This document shows, in pieces, positions 11,042 through 24,337 of a stretch of 64,000 nt of DNA (its first letter is position 1; every line of letters starts with the position of its first letter). The stretch lies in assembly GCA_045837725.1 (NCBI GenBank), contig JBEWZL010000003.1:248001-312000 (forward strand). Direction: 5' to 3'. Below the pieces are notes generated by a model. The model was not told the DNA's origin and did not search any database. It saw only the letters and a list, made by a program, of their open reading frames with translations. The position numbers and the translations under genes were made by a program. The DNA comes from Vermamoeba vermiformis (Eukaryota).

Positions 11042-12906
11042 TTAAAGTTCTTTGTGGTCTCGTTCGCGGTCCTGCACAAAAATCGAATCAGCTTTGAACC
11101 AAAGCGAACGAAAAAAATTACTTACGCGTTGTGTGCTCGAAGTAATACCCAAGGTATTTAACAACAAGATATCAGAGGGTAAGTAGACCTTGCTCTGCGA
11201 CTTGGCAATGATTGACGCAATGTCTTTGGCGACATCCAGCTTCCTCAAAGTTAAAAAGGTTGGGTTCTTCTTTACGGCCTCACCGAGGTAAAAACAATTA
11301 AGGTTAAGGAAATACAATTACTGCACGAGGAAAAAAAGGGTTAATGACCAAAATAACGTTGAAAAGGATATTAATTTGGCAGATTCGGCTTCTCCCTGAG
11401 CGCGCACGATAATGCTTCGCTTTTCTTGTTGAGCCTTCTCCACAATAAATTTTGCACGTTCAGCGTCTTGTTGAGCTACATTATGGTTGTTATTAGTATC
11501 GTGCTCTCTATTACATTCAGCTGAAATTTTGTAACGGTAACATTCAAATTTTGATCGGCAAAACAATTTGACAGTCAAAAATCCTCTCAGAGCCGCAAAA
11601 ACAGTTTGTAACGAGGCACAATGAATTCCGAACATAGTTCGCGCACAATTTGAACGCTACAGATGCTTGGCAAGGTTGGATCCGATTGACTTACCGACTT
11701 GTTTTGCTTCGACGGCAGCGGCGTACTCTTTGCCGAACTGAAGATCAGTCTACGGATACACGAGGTTAATATATATCCCGATACAATACTATAGACCGAA
11801 TATCTTGTACTTACAATGGCTACGTTCTCAATGGCAATGTTGAAGTCATCAGCACGCTTGGTCAATGATCTTTCAATCATTCTGCTAACGTCCTCTCGAC
11901 GAATAATCAATTGTGCAGCAGTGAATTGGGCCTATTCAATGGTTGTTAGCATCTTACGGGAAAATCTGGCTGGATCAGGTCGTGAGTTCAGATCCGATCC
12001 CGTTCCGAGACTTACAATAACGCTCTTAAGAATTTCATTGACAATACCGGGAAGCACTCGCTCGTCATAGTCAGTGCTCAAAGTGCGGTACAACTTGATG
12101 AGGTTCTTTTCTTTGGGCTTGGTCAGCACACGCACCGTGACATCCACCATTTGCAAGTCTAAGAACCATTTGGTTAGTATCATATATGATGCACGCACGA
12201 AATATGATTAGTATTAGGCAATGTTGTTGTTATGGCATTGATAAGGGAGGTGAGGGAATGAAAGGAGGGTTTTTGCAAAGGCGGAGATCTAGATGTGGAA
12301 AATTTACCTTTGGAACCAGTAAGAGATGAGATAACGGTAGGTTTGGGACGAATTTCGTAGTCAATGACCTTCTCGAGCATTGGAATACGAATGTGAGTTC
12401 CAGGGACGTAGATCTTGTCCTTAAGGCCCGTGATTTTATTGAACACAAGGGCATTGTGACCGGCTTCGACTATAATAATATAATAACATAATTAATATTA
12501 TTGTGTGTATTATGGGATACGAGAATTAATTAGAAAAGTATTCAGTGGCTGAGATCACGAAATAACTAATAAAAAAAGAACAATTTCAGCCAATATTCAA
12601 TTTAAAATTATTATATATTACTAGGAATAAGTGTGTAATATAACACGTACGAAAATTAAGCGAGGGAGGTCTTCTATAATTATTTCGCAAATGACAAAAA
12701 ATTTCTGGATCGTACGCGTCACTCCTCGTGACTTTAGTCTACATACCGTTGAATAAACACGCTGGAATTGACAATAAAATACCACCAGCAGTGGCTGCTA
12801 TGAGTCCAAGGGACGTGCCTAAAATTCCTCCCATCTTAGGCATCCCTTTATAATTCTGAAGGGACTTCGCAAATCTGCGAGGGTCGTATTGCTGTCTTTG
12901 ACTCAT
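11042..12906 (-). CDS. PHB2: Prohibitin-2 (SPFH domain); multi-exon
   Basis: [117 protein letters not shown]. Confidence 0.93.
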
Positions 12907-13638
12907 GTTGTATTATATATAAGTAATAAGCTCAGTTGTAGTTGATCGCCTGGCACGAGGACAAATAATTTGAAATTGAACTCACGAAGTGCTGTACAGG
13001 GCAAACTTGTCCTCTCCACCCTGGCACCTACATAATCGAGCCCACTGCAACTCTAATTTGAGGGCAGTCCAATTGCTGCAAAGAAGATGTAATTGCATGA
13101 TGTGAACTGGTTATCCTTTTTTAACTTCAGTTCAGAGCTGCAAAGGACTTTGACTTTGGTTGACTGGGACCACAAATTACATTTTTATTCTTGGACAACG
13201 TTAACTCTTACCAAACAAACTACACTAACGCAACGATGCTCTCGCGAAGACCTCCAGAATTTCCTGCGGCATACAAACTTCGAATGAAGAAGCACACACG
13301 GCCTGTGCCTCCCCCAGCTGATCCAACTGGAGAACTTGCGATAATGGAGGAGCAATTGCGCAATAAGCAGCCTTGGACCTTCGGAAATCGGAGGACAAAT
13401 GTGGAAAAAGTGGCCTACTGTTCTATTCATTCGAGTCCACGTAATCTGGCTCAAAGTTAAACGATTATCTTGACGCGTGTTTAGAGAATAAACTGATTTT
13501 TTACTAGTAAAACCGTTTATCCTTCTCACGGCAGTGAAATAAATTGGTTACGTATAACCAGGTCCATTATTTTTGTCGTTGTATTATAGTAACCACATAT
13601 TATTTATTTATTTATATTTATACGAGAAGGCTTGAGAG

Positions 13639-16600
13639 ATGGCTGAAAACGAAGTTCTTCGGCGGATACAGGAGGCCAAAAAAAATAAATCGTTGGATCT
13701 CAATTCAATGAGATTAGTAACGTTGCCAAATGAAGTCAAAGATATTCAGCGCCTTCGAAACATTAATTTGTATCGAAATGCGTTCGATAGCATTCCAGAT
13801 GAACTGCTCCAATTTAATTTTTTAGAGAATCTTAATATGTATAGAAACCAAATCACCGAAATACCCAAGGAAATAAGCCAATTATCGAATTTAAGGTAAG
13901 TTCGAAATATTTTCTGCGTTAATAACCGAAAAATTGACTTTCAACGCAATCGTAAATTAATTTGCCAGATCACAAATAGTAATTCAATTGAATTACCCAA
14001 AATTTACTTTGACGCCAACATAATAATTATTTTACAGAATATTGAACTTGGGATCCAACAAACTGTCGCAGATCAATGAAAGTCTATTCGATATTGTGAC
14101 ACTCGAAGAACTAGACTTGTCTAACAATGCAATCACCGTATTAAGCCCCAAAATAGCCCAATTAAAGCAATTACGCGATTTGAAAGTATTTAGAAACAAA
14201 TTGAAGGGTTTGCCTGCAGAGATCGGAGACCTGAAGACATTGAAGAGACTTGATATTAGTTATAATGAACTCGTAGCATTGCCGGCTGAATTCGCAAATT
14301 TAACGGATCTGCAACAACTCAGTAAGTACTTGAGTACCTGTCAAATCAAATTCAATCGGATTGATCTCGGCCTTGAAATTTCTGATGAATTATTTTTAAT
14401 ATGTGCACCATTAAACACGTATATTACTTAATGAATTAAATTAATTTATATTACAATAGCATTGCAGGAAAATCCTCTTCGTTTCCCACCGCCGGATGTC
14501 GTTAAGCGAGGCAGACAAGCCATTCAGAGATACTTAAAAGATGGTACGTATAGAGTCATAATATTATATTGTAGTTATGTTAATATTAACAATAATTTTT
14601 AGACGGTACTGAGGCAAGAGAATGTGAGGCTACTGGCGCGGGATTAACAGGAACAATTGTCGGTCAAACAGCCACTTTTACTATTACTGTACGTACCATA
14701 TTATTGATATATAATTATATTACGCTATTATCTTGCATTTATTACGATTCCTAATTTTATTTATTTTTGACAGTCGAAGAACAAACTTGGCATTCCAAAA
14801 CAAGTCGGTGGTGATCGATATGAAGTGACATTAGTGTTCTTGCCTGATCATCCATTGGCGACGAAAGAAGAGCTTAAAGTATCTTCACCAATGCTGAATA
14901 TTCCTGCTGGTCTCGTCGCGGAACATTTGAACAACACAAATAACTCAAGTGACACGAATAATGATACGACCAAGAATGACGTGGATGATAGTATAATCAG
15001 TCGAAGTGAAAAGAAAGATGAAATTGAAGTCGAAAAAGTCGAAAATGGCGTCGAAGAATCAACGAAAGTTAATGGCCTCGAGACCGCTGAAAATCATAAT
15101 TCTGAGCCCCAGCCGACGCAAGAAATCAACGTCGAAAACACTGAAACTGATAAAGACCGACAAGAGGAGCCTAAAGAAGTGATCGTCGAGGAAAAGAAAG
15201 AAGAAGAGCCCGTGTCACCGAGGCTAGAACCTGTGGTCATACCACCACTCGACTTGCCAACCAAAAAAGAATTAAAGAAGAGTCGTCCTTCATCTACTGC
15301 GGTATCTGAAAAAGGCTTAGAGACTAAACAATTGTCATCTTCCTCATTGTTAGACGATTCAGCTGTCAAGACAAAATCGAATTTGGAAACTTCATTAGAC
15401 GTGTCAGCATTGGACTCGTCATTGGCTCTCGATGCTTCTAATGCACTCGATACATCTAATGTCGTAGAGACTGCTAATGGCGAGAAAAAATCGAGCAAAT
15501 CTAGAAGCAGCAAAAGAAGACGCGAAAAATCGAGCGACAAGTCTGCGGATAAGAAAAAAAGTAGCAGTAAGTACTATTCGCCAATTATTTCAATCATTCG
15601 CGGTGCTAGCGGTTTTTAGCCGATTAATTCTTTTCTAATAAATATATTTCCATTTAGGACGAAAACATAAACGAGAGAGATCCAAGAAAAAGAGTCCGAG
15701 AAGTCCTCGCAACCATACTGAAATTTCGCATGCTACAGCTGATACTTCTTCAGCCGCTCCATCGGAGAATAATACTCCGAGACAACCGTCTCGATCTAAT
15801 GTCAAAGCATCGTCGGATCTAGGCACTAAAAGAAGTAGCATTCCTCATATCGAGAGGACATTAGTCCAAACAGCACCTGCAGCAATAGTGCAGCAGAAAG
15901 TGCAAGAGGATTTGCAAAAGAAGAAAGATGAGCGACCAGATCTGACTAGCCAGTTCGTAGTTACAGGAAATGTTATTGATAATTTGGACGGTACTTACGT
16001 TGCGAACTATCAACCTACATTATCTGGCGTATATGATATGTACGTCACGTTGAATGGCATCAATATCAAAAACAGTCCATTTAGAATTTCCGTGGATGCT
16101 GGTACGTTTCAAAAAAAAATAGCGGTGGACACCACTGCTCTTATTAGATATAGAAAGATATTATATTATGCATCTTACATAAGTTAATGGAATTGGTACT
16201 AATGGAGGTTTAATTATAGATCTGAGATCCGAGCTGACAAAACTGAAAGAGTTATTTTGGGCGCAAAAGAAGCGAGCCGATGAGCTTCAAAAAGAACTCA
16301 ACGAGACTAAAATTACAGTTAATGAGCTAACTGATTGGCTAAAGAGCGAAGAGAAAGCCAAGTACGAACTAGAGCAACAAAACACTCGGCTGAAGAACGA
16401 ATTGACGTTCTTAAAACAAATGGCTGCTAATATGACCTCGTCTCAGCCTGTACCTAATGCCGTTAATACTCCTAAGCCTAAAGGAAAACGTCGAAGAAGC
16501 AATAGAAGATCTTACCATCCTTCGGTACGCGACCTCTAGATCCGCATTATTTTTACTTATTTATCCCCATAATTGCGAGTTTTTATCTTATTAATCGTAT

Positions 16601-17419
16601 TTAGGCCATTAATAACTTCGAAGAGAGCGAAAACGCTTCACAAAAAGGGTCAAAGAAACACGTCCCCCAAGTTAGCGCTAGTAACGATTTCGATGGCATT
16701 ATTCGACAAAAATCAGCGCCAAATTGGAAAAGAAACAGACCGACGTAAGATTTATTGCTTAATAATGCTTGTAGGGGCGAGCGCTAACGAGACTATTTTG
16801 TAGCGTTCGAAGAGAGAATAGCGAGCCAGTTCCTAACGAACCTTCGCACGCATCGACGCCTGTGAAGCCTAGATATGTACCTGTAAGTATAGTTACCATA
16901 TTGTACGTACTTAAACTCCAGTCTAATGCTGTTTTCGTATTGCAGAAGAAGATCGACGAAAATGTTGAGCAAAATACCTTAGAAAACACGAATATTGAGG
17001 CTGTCGACCTTGGTAGTGCCGCGGTCGTTACTTCTCCTAGGAAGAGAAACACGGTAACAATCAACGATGAGAAATCGAACAACGAGTCGATCGCATCCAA
17101 CAACAATAGCAAGAGCGATTTTCAAGCGTCGGCAAAAAAGAGAAAATCCGATAAGAGAAGAACTCCAGCTTCGAAGAACAAACGATCAAGTATGATCCTT
17201 GGAGAAGGAGGAGAAGAAGGAGATCAGAAAAAAGCTGGATTTAAAGAAAAACTGAATTTCTGGCGAAGAATATTTGATAAGAAAGAAAAGGAAGTGAATT
17301 ACGTTCGAAAGGGGTCTAGGGCTTCAAAGAGCGCTCAAAATAAGGAAGACAAGAAGAGCAACAACAATAATGAGAAAGTTGAAGCTAAGCTCGAAGAGCA
17401 GTCTTTAGAACAATGGTAA
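13639..17419 (+). CDS. Leucine-rich-repeat protein with one filamin (Ig-like) repeat, coiled coil and long disordered K/S/E-rich regions; multi-exon
   Basis: N-terminal LxxLxLxxNxL repeats and an ENPLRFPPPDVVKRG LRR cap. Filamin halves CEATGAGLTGTIVGQTATFTITSKNKLG..GGDRYEV and VIDNLDGTYVANYQPTLSGVYDMYVTLNGINIKNSPF. Confidence 0.8.
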
Positions 17420-17541
17420 AAGTCAATAAAAAGCGCAATTAAAAATGTTAAAAGAGGCGACGCCTCTGTTAAAACGAATTCAAGTCGATTGACGCGAACC
17501 AAATCCAGATCAGTTTCTATTTTTCGATCGAACAACCACAA

Positions 17542-20500
17542 ATGAAGTTCTATTTGCACTTCGAAGAAACTCCTAGCTTTACGTATATTATTAAGAATGC
17601 CGACGATAATTTAACTATTGCACAAGTTAAAAGTGTAAGTAGATGACAATGCGTGACGTCATTATGACCGGATTAGCTTCAAAATAAGTTTCTTATCTAA
17701 TTATGAACATTTTAGCAATTTGTAGCAGCTTATAATGCTAAACATGGCTCTCAAAGAACTTTAACTGAAGGTGATATTCAGCTTGTGAACGACAGGTATT
17801 TATTTCTAATTATTAATTATTTTAATGGACCTTTAATAATATTTTCGTAGTCATGAATACATATACAACAATACAACTCATTTATTGCATAAATAAAAAT
17901 ATTGAAAAATAATACAAGCCAGATCAAAGATTTTTTGTTGGCGATCGGAATTAATGTTTCATTATTTAGAAAAAAACAGTTGAATGATACCTCCAAAGCA
18001 ACGAAAGTAATCTCCGAAGGCGAGGACATTCAAGTATTGTTTTCTGGCAGTGCTACCACGACCGGATCTACTCCGAGCGTTCCGGTTGTGTCAGCTCCAG
18101 TCACTCCATCGAACCCCTCTGCGACATTTATCGGTCAAAAATACAAAAAGTTCGAGAACATGAAATTAGACGACGATGAAGAGCCTCCTAAGCCTACTGA
18201 AGTCAAGCCAGGTAAAATAACAAACAAATTGGATCTGTTCAGTTAAGCCATGAAAGTTAATCTCTAAAAATATAAATAATTTGATTAGCTGAAGAAAAGC
18301 CCAAAGAAAAGAGCACAATCGATGACTTGTCGCCGAAAGAAAAAGAGACACTGGCAGGTGAGTGCAAACCGGAGTTGATTTTACGATTGCAGTTATTAAT
18401 TAATATCTATTAGAAACTGTTAAAGAACAGGGAAACGAGTATATGAAAAACAAACAATACAAAGAGGCCATTGATAAGGTAAGTCTTGCAGCCAGTTTAA
18501 TGACCGCCTTGTCTGATATTTACCGTATTTAGTATACAATGGCAATCACACTGGACCCCACAAAATCAGCGTACTTTAACAACCGTTCTCAAGCCCACTT
18601 ATCTTTGCAACAATTCGACGGTACAGTAACAGATGTCACGCGTCAAAATTTTAATTTAATTCTAATGTGAAACCTAAAATAGAGGCATTACGCGATGCAT
18701 CGAGCTGTTTAGAATTAGAACCAACGAACACTAAAGCAATTTTCCGTAAGGGAGTTGCACTGTTTAATTTGAAGTCGTACAGTTCAGCTCTTGACACCTT
18801 CCAAAACGGCATGTCCCTGCCATTAGTAGCCGTTCAAAAGACTGGTAAGCATAGTGATAATATAATAGGTCTCGGGCTAATTATGAACGTTTATCTTAGA
18901 GTTCAAAAGCTATATTGAGAAGTGCAAAGATGCGTTGAAAAGGTTGTCCGAGACCGCGAGTGCATCGAAAGAAATTAGCGAGAACGATGATATGCCCACT
19001 CAAATTCAAAAGGCTATGGTTGCCATTGATGAGTGCTGCAAAAATGATAACTATCAGGTACGTAGCTATCAATTAGCAAATGCAATAGTAATCACAAATT
19101 GACACGTGTCATTTAGCAAGCGATATCGATTTTGAACCAAGTTATTGCTGTCGACAATGCCAATTTGACAGCACTACTGAAGGCTGGTTCGATTTACTTC
19201 GATGCTAACAAGCTTGATGAAGCTCTTGCTTATTATACATTAGCTTTCAAATATCACGCTGAAAATCTCACCGTTCAAGAGAAGTACGTAGCGTTTACAT
19301 AAAAGTTTTCCTTATTAAGAAATTAATGCCGTTACGTAGGATGGGTGATGTATATTACGCGAGAAAAGACTACGAATTGGCGATCAAGTTCTACGGATCT
19401 GTTATCAACCTCGCTAAGGAACAAAAGAACACTGAGCTTGAGACTAACATGAAGATTAAGATCGGAAAGGCGTTCTACGCTAAGGGCGAAAAAGATACCG
19501 CGACTGCATTCTGGGGCGTAAGTAGCAATGAATCTATCGACCAAATTTACCATTTCTAATTGCATTTTAGAACGTCCTTCAAGCCAACGAAGAACATTTC
19601 GAGGGGTTATATAACTATGCTATTTATTTGAAAGATTCGGGCAAGAAGCCTGACGCCTTGAGAATCGTATTGAACTTGTTGATTAAGAAGTCTGGTACGT
19701 CCTTTGATACATTCGTATTTCCTTTTATGGCAATCGATACTAACAAAATCACGTGCTCTCAGACCATGAAGGCGTCCGTGAACAATTGGCCGATTTGATT
19801 AAAGGCCCAGGAGGACTAGATATGCTGAAAGATGAGCTCAAACAAGTGCCTTCATCTGCCCCTGCCCTCGCGTTCTTAGCTACAATTATCAAGGACTACG
19901 GTGCTGTTGACGAGTCAGCACAGCTTTATAAAGACGCTTCGACACTCAAGCCCGATAACACTTCTTACGTCCTCAATCTCGTGCACGGATACGAATTACT
20001 AAATAAGGCAAGTATAGCTCGTGTTATCGTAGACGCGGCTAATGGATTTTCATTTAGTATCAAGAAGCGTTCCAGACTGTGAAAGATTTTTGTCGTCGCA
20101 ACAAACAAATGCACGTGAGCAATGTGACCTGTGCTCAAGTGTACAACTGCATTGCGTACATGGACAGCATCGAGGACTTTAAGAGTTACAAGGTTGGCAA
20201 AGACGTCATTGACGCTGCTAAACAGAAACAAGTCGAGAAATTGACGTTCAACGTGGCACCTGTCAAACCCCTGAATGAGGACTATAACCCCGAAGAGCTC
20301 GATATTTTAGCCCTGTGGTGCACCCTCGTCAAAGTCTTATTTGCCGTTGGTGTCTTAGATATTCTCCCTGAGATCATTGCCTTAATTAGTAAGTCTAAAA
20401 AATTTCCCAAAACTCTGACCTCCAGATCTATTTTGGGTCAAAAAGTTTCGACCAGTTTTTATTATGATTAGAGTTTCTAATCATTACAACACAGATCCGG

Positions 20501-21391
20501 TCCGAGAAGGCCGTGCAATGCACACAACTTTGATTCGCAACGAGCACGCGTACTTCATGCAGATCGCACAAGTCATGTCGAGCTTGCCCATGCCGATCCC
20601 GACGAACTTGCCGATACTATATTTGGCAGGTGACAGTCACAGCATGTCATCGGCGTGGCGTACAATTGAGTTCAAAGGTCAACAACATTTAATTAGGCCG
20701 TTGTTAGTCACTGGACTTAAAGCCTGGCACTTGCGACCTGAGAGCAAGTTCTATCCTAAAAATAACTTCTATAATGTCGTGCCACAAGGTAGGAATGGCA
20801 CTTCATATACAAATACTAATTATTATTTGTACTATTAATATTAACGCATGATTTTCAGCACCTCGCGGATCCAACGTCATCTTTTTGTTCGGTGAAATTG
20901 ATTGCCGTGAAGGATTCATCATTTCCGTGCGAAAGTGCCGATACAAGGTACCTTCATAAACAATACATAATAAGGAAATGTAATTCAATTGCTCTTTCTT
21001 TATTAGGACTTGGAAGAAGCTGCGACAGTCACTATCAAAATATATTTGCAAGCTCTGAAAGAATTGAAAGAAAAGTACGAATGGAATATCTACATCCATC
21101 CAGTGGCACCTGTCATTGATGTAACAAGGTAAGTGCCGTTCACTGAACCAAAATTTCCTTACTACAGCCAAGATCTAAACGTTTTTTGTACAAAGGCCTA
21201 TCGTGGTGACCTACAATAAGATTCTTAAGGAACACGTTCAAAAGGCACCTGAATTCAAGTGGTTAGATTTCTTCGACGATTTAGTGACGGACAACCAAAC
21301 CAAATTGAACTCTTTGTACGATCTCGATGGAACGCATCTGCATCCACGATACTTGTCGTTAGTTGAGCGTGCATTGAAGCAACGTGACTAA
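17542..21391 (+). CDS. TPR-repeat protein with C-terminal SGNH/GDSL-like hydrolase domain and a possible N-terminal ubiquitin-like domain; multi-exon
   Basis: Starts MKFYLHFEETPSFTYIIK. Chaperone-type TPR KEQGNEYMKNKQYKEAIDKYTMAI..YFNNRSQAHL, then further TPRs. SGNH blocks LYLAGDSH, IFLFGEIDCREG and LDGTHLHP. Confidence 0.75.
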
Positions 21392-21549
21392 GATAAAAAG
21401 GAGTGAATGGAAAACGAAAGTTTGTTGTCTTTATCGCAGAAAAAGTTCGGCTTTTTCTAACCCCGACGAACGTCAAAAAAAGTGTCATTTTTGCTGTTGC
21501 CAAACAAAGGAACATCACTTCTTGGTTTGATTTGTTAAACATTTAAATT

Positions 21550-24207
21550 ATGGAGGAAAACGGAAGCAAAAGGAAAGCTGAGACCGACGCAAATAGCAGA
21601 TCGGGCAGTAAGATTTTTTGAAACAAAGACGTATGGCAATTTAAATTAAATATTTAATTTTATAGAACGTATTAAACAAGATCGAGGTGAAGGTAAGTTA
21701 AATGGGGTTCTTCTCGCAAGAATAATTTCAATTTTTTTGTGGTACGCTAGTGTTCAATTTACACACGGCTCATACTCCTAAATAATATAATTGTATTCTT
21801 ATTGTGTACGATTAGATAGTATTACGGTGATAAAAGAAGGAGTGCTTCGCGTGCTTATCCCGGACAAGCAACAACACGGCTGGAAAGATGCTACGGTCAA
21901 ATTATATTCGAACTCCGATTTAGAATGGAAAATAACATCGAGTATCGAGAGCGTACCTTCTCATATGAAATGCGGACGCAGTCGTGTTAAGCCTGGCGAA
22001 TCCGCTGTCCCAGTGCCTGATGCCGATTATGTGGGCTTGTTTTGCCTTAGAAATATTCGTCAATATTGGAAGTTTATTATGCAAAACACTCTATTGTTTG
22101 CTTCAAAAGATCCGAATGTAAGTGAATTCTTTCTGAAGATCGATCTGACCGGATTTGTTTAAACAGGAAGGAGAAAGATGGATGCATCTCATTAATTATA
22201 CGAGATTAAAATGTACAACAGAGTTACGTAAGCACAACCATCCTTTGACTCCTTGCGAGGCGGAAGACATTGGATTTGTTCCGCATCCGTCGGATCACCC
22301 GAAGATTGGTCCTTCAGTTATAAATAGCTCAGCTGAAGACCTCGAGTGCAGTTATTGTGGTACACATATGCATGCTTGCAAAGGTATTACCTAAATTTCA
22401 ATCTAGATCCTGGAGCTCAAATTTATTGTGTTCTATTTTTAGCTCAACACTGCGAGTTCTGCAATTATGATATCTGTGACGAGTGCGCACAAGAAGTAGA
22501 TCGACAAGTAGCACAGCTGGTCCATTCCTCAAACCACCCACAACATCCGTTAGTCAAACTCAACACCGTCAATGACCCGTCATGGTTCACGACTGACTAC
22601 GACACCTCGTACATTTGCGATGTGTGCAATGTACTGAGCAACGGACCAGTGTATCATTGTGTCGAGTGTGGCAATTACGACGAGTGCCCTAATTGCTTCA
22701 AACAGCTCGTGACAGATCCGCCAGAGGAAGAAGTGTCTAATGATAACGAGATGCAATTAGACGTGGGATTGCTGTCACATGTCATTACCAAATCTGGAAA
22801 TGTCTACGAACTCAACAAGCGAAATAATTAGCAAAGTATTGCAAGCAGCGAGCATGATCACGACAAAGTGTTGGGACGTGTCACAGATCGACTCCGCACC
22901 AGTACCTTCAGCGTACTTTGAAGTGACATTCCATCATCTCGAAGGTCAGTACGTGAGTGTGGGTGTTGGCAATCAGATCTTCGTTCAGAATCAACTGCTC
23001 GGCTACGAACAAAACAGCTTCGGGTACTGCAACAACGGACACGTGACTCAAAACGTTGGCACGAACTTGCAGATGTTACCTTCTTACCGAAATGGTACGG
23101 CACTGAGTACGATACTTGACATTAATCGACACTTTTGTTTGACAGGTGACACTGTTGGCGTTGGAATGTTATTGGACTCGTTCAACATGCGTCGATTGTA
23201 CTTCACGAAGAACGGACAGCTGCTTGGTACGCCATTAACATTCGTTCCAGATCTAAACTAATAACTAACTAAATCTATGACTAGGATGCTTCAATGAACG
23301 AGTTCATGTTGGCATGGATTGCTTCCCAGGCGTGTCATTCACTCCGAACACGTGTCAACAACTCAAGTTCTCAGTCAACACGACAGGACCATTCATGTTC
23401 GATCCAAGTTGTATTCCTGATTATAGAAGTACGAGAGAAAACTGGTTCGAGCAGATGCCCACTGAACTTATTGTAAAGTGCCTCTCAACAGCGGCTCAAA
23501 TGCACCAACAAGTCGCCGAGTTTTTCAATGTACGGTAGCAAGATATGTTACATTACAAGCATCCTAATGCGTTTCGTAGATCTCGAAGACATTATCATCT
23601 GTGGCAAGCAATAACGAGATCTGGAAGTCATTGTTCTTACAGAGGTGGCCGATGCAAAACTCGAAGTTGAAGATCAAATCGTGGATGAAGTTTTACAAGC
23701 GACGTCATGACACTTCTAAACGAGTCATTGATGACATGTGGCACAACGCACCCCAATACAGGGATGGCCCTCATTTCATTGGTAAGATGGTCATACTAAC
23801 TTATGACGCTCAGTGACACTTTTGACACTTCATTCTCAGAAAATTGTGACTTCGAGTTTGAGTGTCCGTTGATAGTCGAGGATTTATTTTCAAAGGAAAT
23901 CGACGAAAAAGGCAACGCCCATTGCGATAAATGCAATAAAACAGTGTACAAAGGTAAGAACGTTTTCGATTTTTCGAGGGTTAGGGTTTGACATCCAATT
24001 TTTTTTTTGACAGTTGAAGACAAAGAGACGTTAGAGCAATATGCTGCAATGGGCCGCTGCGTGAGTTTAGTTGTTCAGCCAAAATTGCCGTGGAGAGTAC
24101 TACCTACGCGCCATGGCGGAGTTATTTCAATGCCTCATACGCGCAAACAACCTGCAGTTCCCCCACCTTTCCCCAATGTACAACAGAGACGCACATTCAA
24201 AAAATAA
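21550..24207 (+). CDS. PH-like + ZZ-type Zn fingers + SPRY + F-box protein, paralog A (one apparent frameshift near 22828)
   Basis: PH-like VIKEGVLRVL..WKDATVKLYSN..ERWMHLIN; ZZ-like YICDVCN..VYHCVECGNYDECPNCF; SPRY YFEVTF..VSVGVG..LGYEQNSFGYCNNG..YRNGDTVGVGM..LYFTKNG; F-box FEQMPTELIVKCL..ISKTLSSVASNNEIWKSLF. Confidence 0.8.
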
Positions 24208-24337
24208 TCGCAAAATTTGTGTTTGTTGGCGGTCTTAGAAATAAAATTGGTTAGGTTTGGATCAAATGTCAAACACTTGGTTGGAACACCACAGCTTCTT
24301 TTTGTAAAAAGAGAAATCAAAATCAAATTATAGTCGT

